58,531 nt of DNA from a virus (taxonomy: Duplodnaviria > Caudoviricetes): the IMG/VR virus record IMGVR_UViG_3300007760_000015, positions 1 through 58,531 of that record; one strand, 5' to 3'. The position numbers and the translations under genes were made by a program. Below the pieces are notes generated by a model, which saw nothing but the letters and a program-made list of their open reading frames with translations, had not been told where the DNA came from and searched no databases. The first letter of the stretch is position 1. Each line of letters starts with the position of its first letter. This document shows, piece by piece, positions 10,321 through 19,680 of this stretch.

Positions 10321-11587
10321 AAAGTCTTGGAGAAACTTTATGATAGAGTTTGAAGAAAATGACTCTATCGTAATTCCAATCCAATGTGATGATAATAAAC
10401 ATCCGTGGGAAACTGAATTATGTGTATTGTATGTACAGTTTCTTAACGGTGTAGAATATGTTTTACCCTTTAGACATTCAGATGCGCTGAATCTAAATTC
10501 TAAATACATTCCATTAACACAAACTCCAAAGAATACTTATGTGTATGATAAGAAGAAATTACTACATTTTTTTAAGTGGGATAATGTATTTGATGTTCAG
10601 TTAAGTCATTATATGAAAACGAATGAGCCGCTGATAATAGAAGATTTAATAACATCCGCACATGAACATTTTTATAGAGATTACTATGATATTCCAAATA
10701 TAAATTGCGTAATTCCATTGATGAAACATATAGAATGGTGTAGGGAATTGGTCAAAATATTAAAAAGTGCGTCAGATACGGATAAAGATAATAAATCGTA
10801 TAATGTGTATAACAATGATGTATTAGAGAACTTAAATTATATAGAATCAAGTGGGTTACAAACAACAGATGGTATGGTATATTCAGAATACAATCCATAC
10901 ACTTTAACTGGACGACCATCTAATAGATTCGGTGGTATTAACTTTGCCGCTCTTAATAAGAAAGATGGAAGTCGTGAGAAGTTCGTAAGTAGGTTTGGTA
11001 AAGATGGAATGTTAGTGGAGATGGATTATGATGCTTACCATCCATCTATAATTGCAGATATAGTAGGATATAAATTTGATGGTGATGTATATGTACAATT
11101 AGGGAAATATTATGGTACTGCTAGAGAAGAAAGTAAAATTTTAACCTTTCAATATTTGTATGGTCATATACCCGATGATGTATTGAGAGTTATTCCATTT
11201 TTTGTTAGTGTGGATAATTATATAAATGACATGTGGCGTGAATATAATCACAATGGTTATACTGAAACAGCTCTTTTTAAAAGGAAAATATATAAACAAA
11301 ATTTAACAAATATGAATAAGAATAAATTATTTAATTATTTTTTACAGTCAGCAGAATTTGAGTATAGTGTTACAACCATGACTAAGTTACGTGAGTTTAT
11401 TGGCTCGGGTAACTGTAAAAGTAAATTTATATTATATACATACGATTCTTTTTTATTTGATATGCACTTATCTGATGGCAAGGATTTTATTTTAACCATT
11501 AAAGATATATTAGAGGATGAGAAGTTTAAAGTTAAAGTAAAATATGGATTCAACTATCATAATATGAGTGATTTTATTAAAATATGA
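10304..11587 (+). CDS. polA: compact family A DNA polymerase-like protein
   Basis: TGRPSN, motif A MDYDAYHP, motif B REESKILTFQYLYG, motif C YTYDSFLFD. Confidence 0.8.
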   Translation: MIIEDRKSWRNFMIEFEENDSIVIPIQCDDNKHPWETELCVLYVQFLNGVEYVLPFRHSDALNLNSKYIPLTQTPKNTYVYDKKKLLHFFKWDNVFDVQLSHYMKTNEPLIIEDLITSAHEHFYRDYYDIPNINCVIPLMKHIEWCRELVKILKSASDTDKDNKSYNVYNNDVLENLNYIESSGLQTTDGMVYSEYNPYTLTGRPSNRFGGINFAALNKKDGSREKFVSRFGKDGMLVEMDYDAYHPSIIADIVGYKFDGDVYVQLGKYYGTAREESKILTFQYLYGHIPDDVLRVIPFFVSVDNYINDMWREYNHNGYTETALFKRKIYKQNLTNMNKNKLFNYFLQSAEFEYSVTTMTKLREFIGSGNCKSKFILYTYDSFLFDMHLSDGKDFILTIKDILEDEKFKVKVKYGFNYHNMSDFIKI

Positions 11588-11629
11588 TACTTATCAATAG
11601 ATGGAATCTGAAAATAATATGGAAATAAA

Positions 11630-12550
11630 GTGATGAAAAATGTAGAATATTATGTATATATATTAAAAAACAGTGAAACTGACAATCCTTTTTATGTTGG
11701 GAAGGGCAATGGTAGTAGAATGTATTATCATGAAAATACTGTTAAAACTGGTAAAGAGTTAAAGAATAAACATCTATATTATAAAATAGTAAAAATTTTA
11801 GAATCTGGATATAAAATTAAATATGAAATATTATATAAAACAACTGATGAAGAACTCGCGTATAAAGTGGAAGAGAAGAAAATTGAAGAACTGGGAATCG
11901 ATAATTTATGTAATTTAACTTATGGTGGTAATGGATGTAGGTCAACAGATGAAATTAGAAAAAAACAATCCATCGCAATGACAAATAGGCATAAAAATGA
12001 TGTTAATATTGTTAACGGGCTGAAGAATTATATGAAGAATATTACTGGTAAAACTTATGATGAAATACATGGTAGTAATAAGGCTAAACTTATAAAGGAT
12101 AAACAATCATTAAAAAAGAAGGGTAAAACTTATGAAGAAATGTATGGTGTTGACGTTGCTAAAAAAGTTAAATTGCAACATTCAAAGTCAATGACCGGCA
12201 GAATATTGTCTGATGAAACTAAGAAAAAAATAAGTATTGCTAATACTGGAAATTTACCGACTACCGGGTTTACCAATAGGACTCATTCTAAAGAAACTAA
12301 GGAGTTGTTAAGAAAAAGATTTATGAATTCCAATAATCATAATTTTAGAAAATATATTATTGAATCTCCACAAAGTGATATTTATGAATTTAATGGACAG
12401 TATGAAATTGTTAATTTTTTTGATAAATATAATGATGATAATAATTTAGCAGGAAACCGTAGAGTCAGTCCACATAATTTAATTAGAAAGAAAAAAAATA
12501 AGGGGTGGAGAGTGATAGATTCTTACAGACCTTATTATATAGATAAATAA
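11630..12550 (+). CDS. free-standing GIY-YIG homing endonuclease with NUMOD3-type repeats
   Basis: YVYILK...FYVGKG, NLTYGGNG, repeated KGKTYEEMYG / LSDETKKKIS / HSKETKE. Confidence 0.85.
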   Translation: MMKNVEYYVYILKNSETDNPFYVGKGNGSRMYYHENTVKTGKELKNKHLYYKIVKILESGYKIKYEILYKTTDEELAYKVEEKKIEELGIDNLCNLTYGGNGCRSTDEIRKKQSIAMTNRHKNDVNIVNGLKNYMKNITGKTYDEIHGSNKAKLIKDKQSLKKKGKTYEEMYGVDVAKKVKLQHSKSMTGRILSDETKKKISIANTGNLPTTGFTNRTHSKETKELLRKRFMNSNNHNFRKYIIESPQSDIYEFNGQYEIVNFFDKYNDDNNLAGNRRVSPHNLIRKKKNKGWRVIDSYRPYYIDK

Positions 12551-12596
12551 CGAACCGTGATATTTATAGTTATAAATACACTACAGGAAAGTTTAT

Positions 12597-14657
12597 ATGA
12601 TTACAGACATTAAAAAGATATTAGTAGAGTGGGCTTATCGTACTAATGATGGTAAACCTAATCCAAAGAGTATGGGACATCAAATTTTATTAGATGAAGT
12701 TTTAAAAGATTTTGGGTGGAATTTAGAACAGAGATCTGAATTAATGAATAATTTGATGGAACAGCCATCGGATAGAGAAAAATTGATGAAGAAGGTTATT
12801 AAGTATAAAAATGATGATGGTGAAGATAAAGAGATAACAGTTGGTGGTGCATTAAAGCAGGGTGAAGAACATCCGGCTTATGATAAAGCAAAACAAATTA
12901 CGGATACAGGTGATGATAAACAACAATCCAAAGGATTAGAACCAGATGATTTTGAAAGATTTTCAGATAAGAATAAACCAGATGAAAAAGAAAAAGGAGA
13001 TGAACAACCAAAAGATGATGAAGAAGGTGAGGGAATAAAATCTGGAGAGCCAAATCAAAAAGATAAATCTCTAAAGGATGTAAACACATCCGAATCAGAA
13101 GTATATTCTAATCCTGATACTGGTATTTCGGATGAAGAGTTTTCAGAAAAAGGTATAGAATCAAATTTTGAAAATGAAGAAGATGAATTACAAGAATCTG
13201 CATTAGATGAATATTTTGCAAGTGGTAAGATACCAAAAAAATATCAAAAAGTAATCACTCGATTAATGAACTCAAAACTCGGTAAACAAAGTATTACAGA
13301 TTATATGACAGGAGTAGGTGCCGGTAAAATACAATCTCAGGCAGGTGAAATACTTACGATGGCAAGTGTTGGAATGAATGATGAAGAATTTGATGGTTTT
13401 ATGGAAACATTGAATAAACAAGTTGGTAAGTATCCAAAAGGTAGTAAACCGGTTGTGACAAAAGATTGGTTAGAATCAGTAAAACATGTAAGAACTGTTA
13501 CTATGAAAAGATATAATTCAGAGTTTGGTAAAGGTAATTGGAGTATTAGTAATAGTGCATGGGATGTACAGAATGAGTTTGAAGCATTAGGTAATGATGA
13601 TTATAATGCAAACAAAGGATTTTCATCTGATATGTATGTTAAGTTAGAAGTAAATGGTGAACCTGTATTAGATGAAATATCACTTAAAAAAGATTCAACA
13701 GCTAATATATACAACGGAGTTGTTACTGATATAAATAATTGGTCTGATAAAGTACCACCACAGGCAGATATAAAAGAATATAAAAAAGGTGAGATACAAA
13801 GACCTATTGAATATGGAACTAAAGCAAAAACATTAAAATATACCTCAGATGATTTGCTTAACGAAAATGTAATCAAAAATAAAAATTTGAAAATAACACT
13901 TGCATCATTAGGAGTAATTAAAGGTGATGCTAAAAAAGGATATACTATAGACTCAAAAGCACAAGAAATATTAGACGAATTATCATCTATGGAAATTCCA
14001 CCACCAATAGATAGAGCTAGATTTAAAGAAGTTATGGGTACAGGCGACACGACTAGATTTAAAAAGTATATGATTATGCATGCTGCAGTACAAAGAGCAA
14101 ATGAAATTGCAAATGGTAATGATGGGGAATCAGAGGCAAGTAAATTTTTAAATAATCATTTGGGTTATGAAAAAGGTGAAGACGGAAAGTTTCCTAAAGG
14201 TTCAATAAAAAGATATGAGAATGATACTATACAATTTTTAGTTGAAGATGAAGAAGCTAAAGAGGGGTGTTTAAATGCATTAGCAGAAAAGTTACCTATG
14301 AAATCTTTATTAGAGGGTGAAGAAAAAATGGCAATAGGTGGATTATCCGCAGATCCTAAAACATTAAAAAGAATGTTTGGTATAGATAATTATGATGACT
14401 TTAAAGCTGGATTAACTATGAAAGATGATGATTTAGGTCAAAATTACTTGGTCTATCGTTCACAAAAACCAGCTAAAGAAGTTTCCATAGCAGAAGTTCA
14501 AGTAAGACAAAAAGGAAAAGGTTACGCGTCAAGTGTTGGTTTAGAGTTCGCTATTGCAACAGATTTTGCAAAAGAGTTGTATGATGCTAATAAAGAGGAA
14601 TATCCACCTGAACCAGAAATAAGTTCCAAAGAACGAAATAAGCTAGGAGTTGGTTAA
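12597..14657 (+). CDS. large hypothetical protein, possible PD-(D/E)xK nuclease-like core
   Basis: N-terminal ILVEWAYR..GKPNP, charged linker, QAGEIL...SSDMYVK..LDEISLKK. Confidence 0.45.
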   Translation: MITDIKKILVEWAYRTNDGKPNPKSMGHQILLDEVLKDFGWNLEQRSELMNNLMEQPSDREKLMKKVIKYKNDDGEDKEITVGGALKQGEEHPAYDKAKQITDTGDDKQQSKGLEPDDFERFSDKNKPDEKEKGDEQPKDDEEGEGIKSGEPNQKDKSLKDVNTSESEVYSNPDTGISDEEFSEKGIESNFENEEDELQESALDEYFASGKIPKKYQKVITRLMNSKLGKQSITDYMTGVGAGKIQSQAGEILTMASVGMNDEEFDGFMETLNKQVGKYPKGSKPVVTKDWLESVKHVRTVTMKRYNSEFGKGNWSISNSAWDVQNEFEALGNDDYNANKGFSSDMYVKLEVNGEPVLDEISLKKDSTANIYNGVVTDINNWSDKVPPQADIKEYKKGEIQRPIEYGTKAKTLKYTSDDLLNENVIKNKNLKITLASLGVIKGDAKKGYTIDSKAQEILDELSSMEIPPPIDRARFKEVMGTGDTTRFKKYMIMHAAVQRANEIANGNDGESEASKFLNNHLGYEKGEDGKFPKGSIKRYENDTIQFLVEDEEAKEGCLNALAEKLPMKSLLEGEEKMAIGGLSADPKTLKRMFGIDNYDDFKAGLTMKDDDLGQNYLVYRSQKPAKEVSIAEVQVRQKGKGYASSVGLEFAIATDFAKELYDANKEEYPPEPEISSKERNKLGVG

Positions 14658-15070
14658 TGAAATCACAACTTCTCTGCACTTTCACTGCTAAACATCAACT
14701 TGATGATATTTTTGAACTCATTATAGAATGTAACGATATTCTATACAATAAGATATATGTATTCCAAAATCTTAATGATTCATCACAATTAATTTGTACA
14801 TATAATATTGAATACGATGAAGAAAATTATATGGAAAATATTCCAAATACTATTTCATTGCACCGTAAGAAACAAAGTAATACATTATATACTATAAATG
14901 CTCTTAATGAGGTAATTAGGTCATTAAATAATGGGGTATTAGATAAAAGGTTTCCAGTACCTTGGGAAGAATATCAAAATAGTTTATTGCTTACCAATGA
15001 TATGGGACTTAATAAAATACCAACAAAAATACACAGTATCGTGGATACAAAAAAATCTGAAAAAGAGTAA
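14657..15070 (+). CDS. conserved phage hypothetical protein upstream of SSB
   Basis: QLLCTF...HRKKQSNTLYTINALN; translationally coupled. Confidence 0.6.
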   Translation: MKSQLLCTFTAKHQLDDIFELIIECNDILYNKIYVFQNLNDSSQLICTYNIEYDEENYMENIPNTISLHRKKQSNTLYTINALNEVIRSLNNGVLDKRFPVPWEEYQNSLLLTNDMGLNKIPTKIHSIVDTKKSEKE

Positions 15071-15175
15071 AAAAATAATTGTATTTAGCCTTTTTGGTTG
15101 ATATATATTATCAAATGGTTACTGATGGTAGTAACTGACAAATGAAAAATAACTAATAATACAGGAGAATAACAA

Positions 15176-15931
15176 ATGGATATTAATTCGATTCGTAAGC
15201 GTCTTAACCAACTTCAGACAACAAATAACAGAACTTCAAACTTATGGAAACCACAGCCTGGTAAACAGGTAATTCGTGTGTTACCATATAAACATAATAA
15301 GGACAATCCTTTCATTGAATTGTTCTTCCATTTTGGTTTGAATAATAAAACATATCTTTCACCAATTACATTTGGTCGCCCCGACCCGATTGAAGAGTTT
15401 GCACAAAAACTTAAAACAAGCGGAAATCGTGAGGAATATCAGATGGCTCGTAAATTGGAAGCAAAAATGAGAACCTTTGCTCCAGTTATCGTTCGTGGTG
15501 AAGAAACTCAAGGAGTTCGTTTCTGGGGATTTGGTAAAACTGTTTATCAAGAATTACTCGGTGTAATTGCCGACCCAGATTATGGTGATATTACAGACGC
15601 TGTTAGTGGTCGTGATGTTTCCGTAGAATTCATTACTGCTGAAGAAAGTGGTGCTTCATTTCCAAAGACGAATGTTCGTGTGAAACCTAATCAAACACCT
15701 ATCGTGGAGGATAAAGCTCAAATGGAAGCTCTCTTGGAAAATCAAAAAGATATTACTGAATTATATCAGGAACTATCCTATGATGAATTAACCGGCGTTC
15801 TAAACGAATGGTTAAACCCAGATGGTGAAGCAGAAACAACTGAAAAGGAAACCGCTCCAACTTCAGTTGTTGCTAGTGAAACAAAAGTAGAAGATGCCAG
15901 TGCGGCATTTGATGACTTATTTAATAAGTAA
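15176..15931 (+). CDS. T4 gp32-like single-stranded DNA-binding protein
   Basis: LWKPQPGKQVIRVLP, FWGFGKTVYQ, DYGDITD, acidic tail AFDDLFNK; AGGAG RBS. Confidence 0.9.
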   Translation: MDINSIRKRLNQLQTTNNRTSNLWKPQPGKQVIRVLPYKHNKDNPFIELFFHFGLNNKTYLSPITFGRPDPIEEFAQKLKTSGNREEYQMARKLEAKMRTFAPVIVRGEETQGVRFWGFGKTVYQELLGVIADPDYGDITDAVSGRDVSVEFITAEESGASFPKTNVRVKPNQTPIVEDKAQMEALLENQKDITELYQELSYDELTGVLNEWLNPDGEAETTEKETAPTSVVASETKVEDASAAFDDLFNK

Positions 15932-16043
15932 GTAGGGTTATAAACTATGGTGGTTGTTGAAGCCAACAACTAATAAAACCGATTGTGTGCGACGCATCGT
16001 CTATAAAGCCGGACACAACCACCATTTTAATTAGGAGAATTAT

Positions 16044-17141
16044 ATGTCGATACAAGACGACTTGGCTAACACATTAGCCACTTCCTTGAATAAGAAATTT
16101 AAGGATTACAAAGTCGCCCACTTCTTGGGTGGCGCAAACGCAACGCCAACAGATATTAAAGAATTTATTTCAACTGGATCAACAATGTTAGATTTGGCAA
16201 TTTCTAATAGACCAGATGGTGGAATCGCAGTAGGTAGAATCACAGAATTAAATGGACTTGAAAGTAGTGGGAAATCATTAGTTGGTGCACACCTACTTGC
16301 TGAAACTCAAAAGAAGGGTGGAGTTGCTGTTTATATAGATACTGAAACTGCTGTAAGTGAGGATTTCTTAGAGGTGATTGGAGTGGATATAAGTAATATG
16401 TTATATTTACATTTAGAAACTACAGAAGATATATTTGAAGCCATTGAAGAAATCATAACGAAAGTTAGGGAATCAGATAAAGATAGATTAGTAACTATAT
16501 TAGTTGATTCACTGGCGGCTGCTTCTACCAAGGTGGAATTAAATGCTGACTTTGATAAAGATGGTTGGGCTACAAGTAAGGCAATCATCATTTCTAAAGC
16601 TATGAGAAAGATTACTCAAATGATTGGTAGGCAGAGGGTTGCTCTTGTATTTACTAATCAATTAAGAGTAAAATTAGGAGCTATGTTTGGAGATCCATAT
16701 ACTACTTCAGGCGGTAAGGCTCTTCCATTTCACGCTTCAACTCGTATTAGATTAAAGAATAAAGGTCAAATTAAAGATAAGAAAAAGAATGTAATTGGTA
16801 TGACCATTTTGGCTCAAGTTGTTAAAAATAGATTGGGTCCACCTTTGAGGAAAGCAGAGTTTCCATTATACTTTGAGAGTGGTGTAGATGATGATGGCAG
16901 CTGGTTAGTAGTAATGAAAGAGCATGGTATAGTAAAAACCAGCGGCGCTTGGTATTCTATGACAGACCACAATGGTGATGAAGTTAAGTTCCAGTCGAAG
17001 GAATGGGCTGATAAATTAAAAGATGAAGATTTTAAAGCTCATTGTTATAAACTAATTTGTGATAAAGTGATATTGAAGTATGAAAAGGCTGACTTGGGTA
17101 TAGATGATGTAATCCAAACTGATGAGGTTTTGGGTGACTAA
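16044..17141 (+). CDS. recA: RecA/UvsX recombinase
   Basis: GLESSGKS Walker A, YIDTE, VDSLAA, TNQLR, GGKALPFHAS, VKNR. Confidence 0.95.
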   Translation: MSIQDDLANTLATSLNKKFKDYKVAHFLGGANATPTDIKEFISTGSTMLDLAISNRPDGGIAVGRITELNGLESSGKSLVGAHLLAETQKKGGVAVYIDTETAVSEDFLEVIGVDISNMLYLHLETTEDIFEAIEEIITKVRESDKDRLVTILVDSLAAASTKVELNADFDKDGWATSKAIIISKAMRKITQMIGRQRVALVFTNQLRVKLGAMFGDPYTTSGGKALPFHASTRIRLKNKGQIKDKKKNVIGMTILAQVVKNRLGPPLRKAEFPLYFESGVDDDGSWLVVMKEHGIVKTSGAWYSMTDHNGDEVKFQSKEWADKLKDEDFKAHCYKLICDKVILKYEKADLGIDDVIQTDEVLGD

Positions 17142-18174
17142 TGAAAGATATTTATCTATACTTAATGAGATTACTAAGAATGGTGGTCAGATAGAAGATA
17201 GTGAACCTGATGATAAGGTATTGATAATAGATGGACTAAACACCTTTATAAGATCGTTTAGTATCGTACCAACTCTCAATGATGACGGCGCTCACGTTGG
17301 GGGAATAGTTGGTTTTCTAAGATCAATCGGTTATGCTATCAAAACAATAAGACCCACCCGATGTATTATTACATTTGATGGAAAGGGTGGGTCTGACCGC
17401 CGGAAGAAAATATTTCCAGAGTATAAGGCTGGTCGTAAAATGTCCAAAAGATTAAATCGGGCATACGATTTCAATTCGAGAGATGATGAAAAACACTCGA
17501 TGATTTCTCAATTAACGAGAGTCATTGATTATTTGGATTATCTTCCTGTAACTACAATTACGATTGAAAGTATAGAGGCTGATGATACGATGGCTTACAT
17601 CACAAAACAACTTCTTACCACATCTAAAGTGGTACTAATGTCTACGGATAAAGATTTTCTACAACTTGTAAATTCAAGAGTTTCAGTATGGTCTCCCACT
17701 AAAAAGAAGTTATATGGTGCACCAGAAGTATTAGAAGATTACGGAATACCATCACATAACTTTGCAGTATATAGGGCTATCGACGGAGATAAATCTGATA
17801 ATATAGATGGTGTCCGTGGTTGGGGATTAAAAACAATACAAAAAAAATTACCACTTTTACTCGAAGATAAGATACTTACTATTGATGACATTATTGAAGA
17901 AGATGAAAAGTTAAAAGAGAGTGAAGAATTATTAAAAAGAAATTACTCATTAATGCAATTAGATGAAGTAGATATTAGTGCTTCTGCTAAAACTAAGATA
18001 ATGGATAAAGTAAGAGAACCAATAAACAAATTAAACAAAATGCAGTTTCAGAAAAGATTTATAGAAGATAGGTTGTTTGCATCACTTCCAAATATGGATA
18101 GCTGGATGGTACAATGTTTTACAAAACTCAATCAAATGGCGGAAAAAACGCATGGGTCGTCAAACGAAATATAA
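17134..18174 (+). CDS. 5'-3' exonuclease (T4 RNase H / flap endonuclease type)
   Basis: LIIDGLN, EYKAGR, IEADD, STDKDFLQL, GDKSDNIDGVRG; GTG start with GAGG. Confidence 0.9.
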   Translation: MTNERYLSILNEITKNGGQIEDSEPDDKVLIIDGLNTFIRSFSIVPTLNDDGAHVGGIVGFLRSIGYAIKTIRPTRCIITFDGKGGSDRRKKIFPEYKAGRKMSKRLNRAYDFNSRDDEKHSMISQLTRVIDYLDYLPVTTITIESIEADDTMAYITKQLLTTSKVVLMSTDKDFLQLVNSRVSVWSPTKKKLYGAPEVLEDYGIPSHNFAVYRAIDGDKSDNIDGVRGWGLKTIQKKLPLLLEDKILTIDDIIEEDEKLKESEELLKRNYSLMQLDEVDISASAKTKIMDKVREPINKLNKMQFQKRFIEDRLFASLPNMDSWMVQCFTKLNQMAEKTHGSSNEI

Positions 18175-18331
18175 CTCAAAAGAAGAAAAGAAGATAGCCC
18201 AGAGAAAATGGTCTATGGAATACTATTATAGAAACAGAGCAGTATTACAAGCAAAGGCTCGTGAAAGATACAGAAGAAAAAAGATGATGGAATTAAAGGA
18301 AAAGCAAAGAAAAGAGTTATATGGTGAGTGA
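18152..18331 (+). CDS. small basic hypothetical protein
   Basis: MGRQTKYNSKEEKKIAQRKWSMEYYYRN; overlaps both neighbours. Confidence 0.6.
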   Translation: MGRQTKYNSKEEKKIAQRKWSMEYYYRNRAVLQAKARERYRRKKMMELKEKQRKELYGE

Positions 18332-19679
18332 AAATTTCAACTCTTTTGGTCCGACGTTCCAGGCAAAGATAATATCATCATTATTATCAGATAATAAATT
18401 TATACAAACTATTAGTGATATATTAGAGCCACAATACTTTGATTCTGATGCTAATGCCTGGTTAGTTAAACAGATAAGCGAATACTTCATAGAGTTTAGA
18501 AAAGCTCCTACACTTGAAGTATTGAAGATTAAAATTACTCAATTAGAAAATGAGATTCTAAAAGTGTCTGTTATAGAAAATCTTAAAGATGCTTGGAGAA
18601 ACATCGAAGCTACTGATTTAGAATTCGTAAAGCAGGAAACGTTAGGATTCTGTAAGAACCAGGTACTTAAAGGCGCTATCGTAGATGCTGTAGATTTACT
18701 TGAACAGAAAAAGTATGATGAGATAAAAGTTATTATTGATAATGCTATGAAAGCTGGCAGTGAAAGAGATTTGGGTCATGATTACATCATATCATTAGAA
18801 GATAGGCTTACTGGTTCGGTAAGAGAAACATTGGGAACTCCGTGGGATGCTGTGAATGGGGTAATGGATGGTGGATTGGCTGGTGGAGAATTAGGAGTAT
18901 TAGTCGCGCCTGCTGGAATTGGTAAGACATGGGCATTACAATCATTAGGTGCGCATGCTGTAAAATGTGGAAAAACAGTAGTACATTATACATTGGAATT
19001 GAACGCAAATTATGTTGGGTTAAGATACGATACAGTATTTAGTGGAATTACTACATCGAATATAAAATTTTATCAAGATGACGTTCAATCAGTAATTGAT
19101 AAACTTACAGGCAAATTAATTATTAAGTATTATCCAACTCGGTCTGCTACTGTAAATACAATAGCGGCTCACTTAAAACAGATGGAATTGCAAGAGATTA
19201 AGCCTGATATAGTAATAGTGGATTATGCTGATATTCTGAAACCTACTGCGTTCTATAAAGAGAAGAGGCATGCAACTGGAGAAACGTATGAGAATTTACG
19301 TGGTGTTGCAGGAGAATTCGATATTCCAATTTGGACTGCTAGCCAAGCAAACAGATCCAGCTTGGAGGAAGAAGTAATTGATGCAAGCAAAGTTGCTGAA
19401 GATTATTCCAAAGTAATGACGGCAGATTTTGTAATGAGTATAAGTCGTAAGGTAGAAGATAAGATAGCTAACACGGGCAGATTTCATGTCATTAAAAATA
19501 GATTTGGAATTGATGGAATTACATTTCCTGCGAGTATTAATACAAATACAGGGTTAATACAAGTACATGATGCTTCAACTGTTGATGGGAAGGACGCTCA
19601 AGGAAAAATGGATAATTCAGAAGAATATTTAAGAAAAACTTTGTCGAAAAAGTATAATGATATGGGAGGATTTGAATAA
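18321..19679 (+). CDS. replicative DnaB/gp41-type helicase
   Basis: APAGIGKT, HYTLEL, IVDYAD, WTASQANR, VIKNRFG. Confidence 0.93.
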   Translation: MVSENFNSFGPTFQAKIISSLLSDNKFIQTISDILEPQYFDSDANAWLVKQISEYFIEFRKAPTLEVLKIKITQLENEILKVSVIENLKDAWRNIEATDLEFVKQETLGFCKNQVLKGAIVDAVDLLEQKKYDEIKVIIDNAMKAGSERDLGHDYIISLEDRLTGSVRETLGTPWDAVNGVMDGGLAGGELGVLVAPAGIGKTWALQSLGAHAVKCGKTVVHYTLELNANYVGLRYDTVFSGITTSNIKFYQDDVQSVIDKLTGKLIIKYYPTRSATVNTIAAHLKQMELQEIKPDIVIVDYADILKPTAFYKEKRHATGETYENLRGVAGEFDIPIWTASQANRSSLEEEVIDASKVAEDYSKVMTADFVMSISRKVEDKIANTGRFHVIKNRFGIDGITFPASINTNTGLIQVHDASTVDGKDAQGKMDNSEEYLRKTLSKKYNDMGGFE

Positions 19680-19680
19680 T

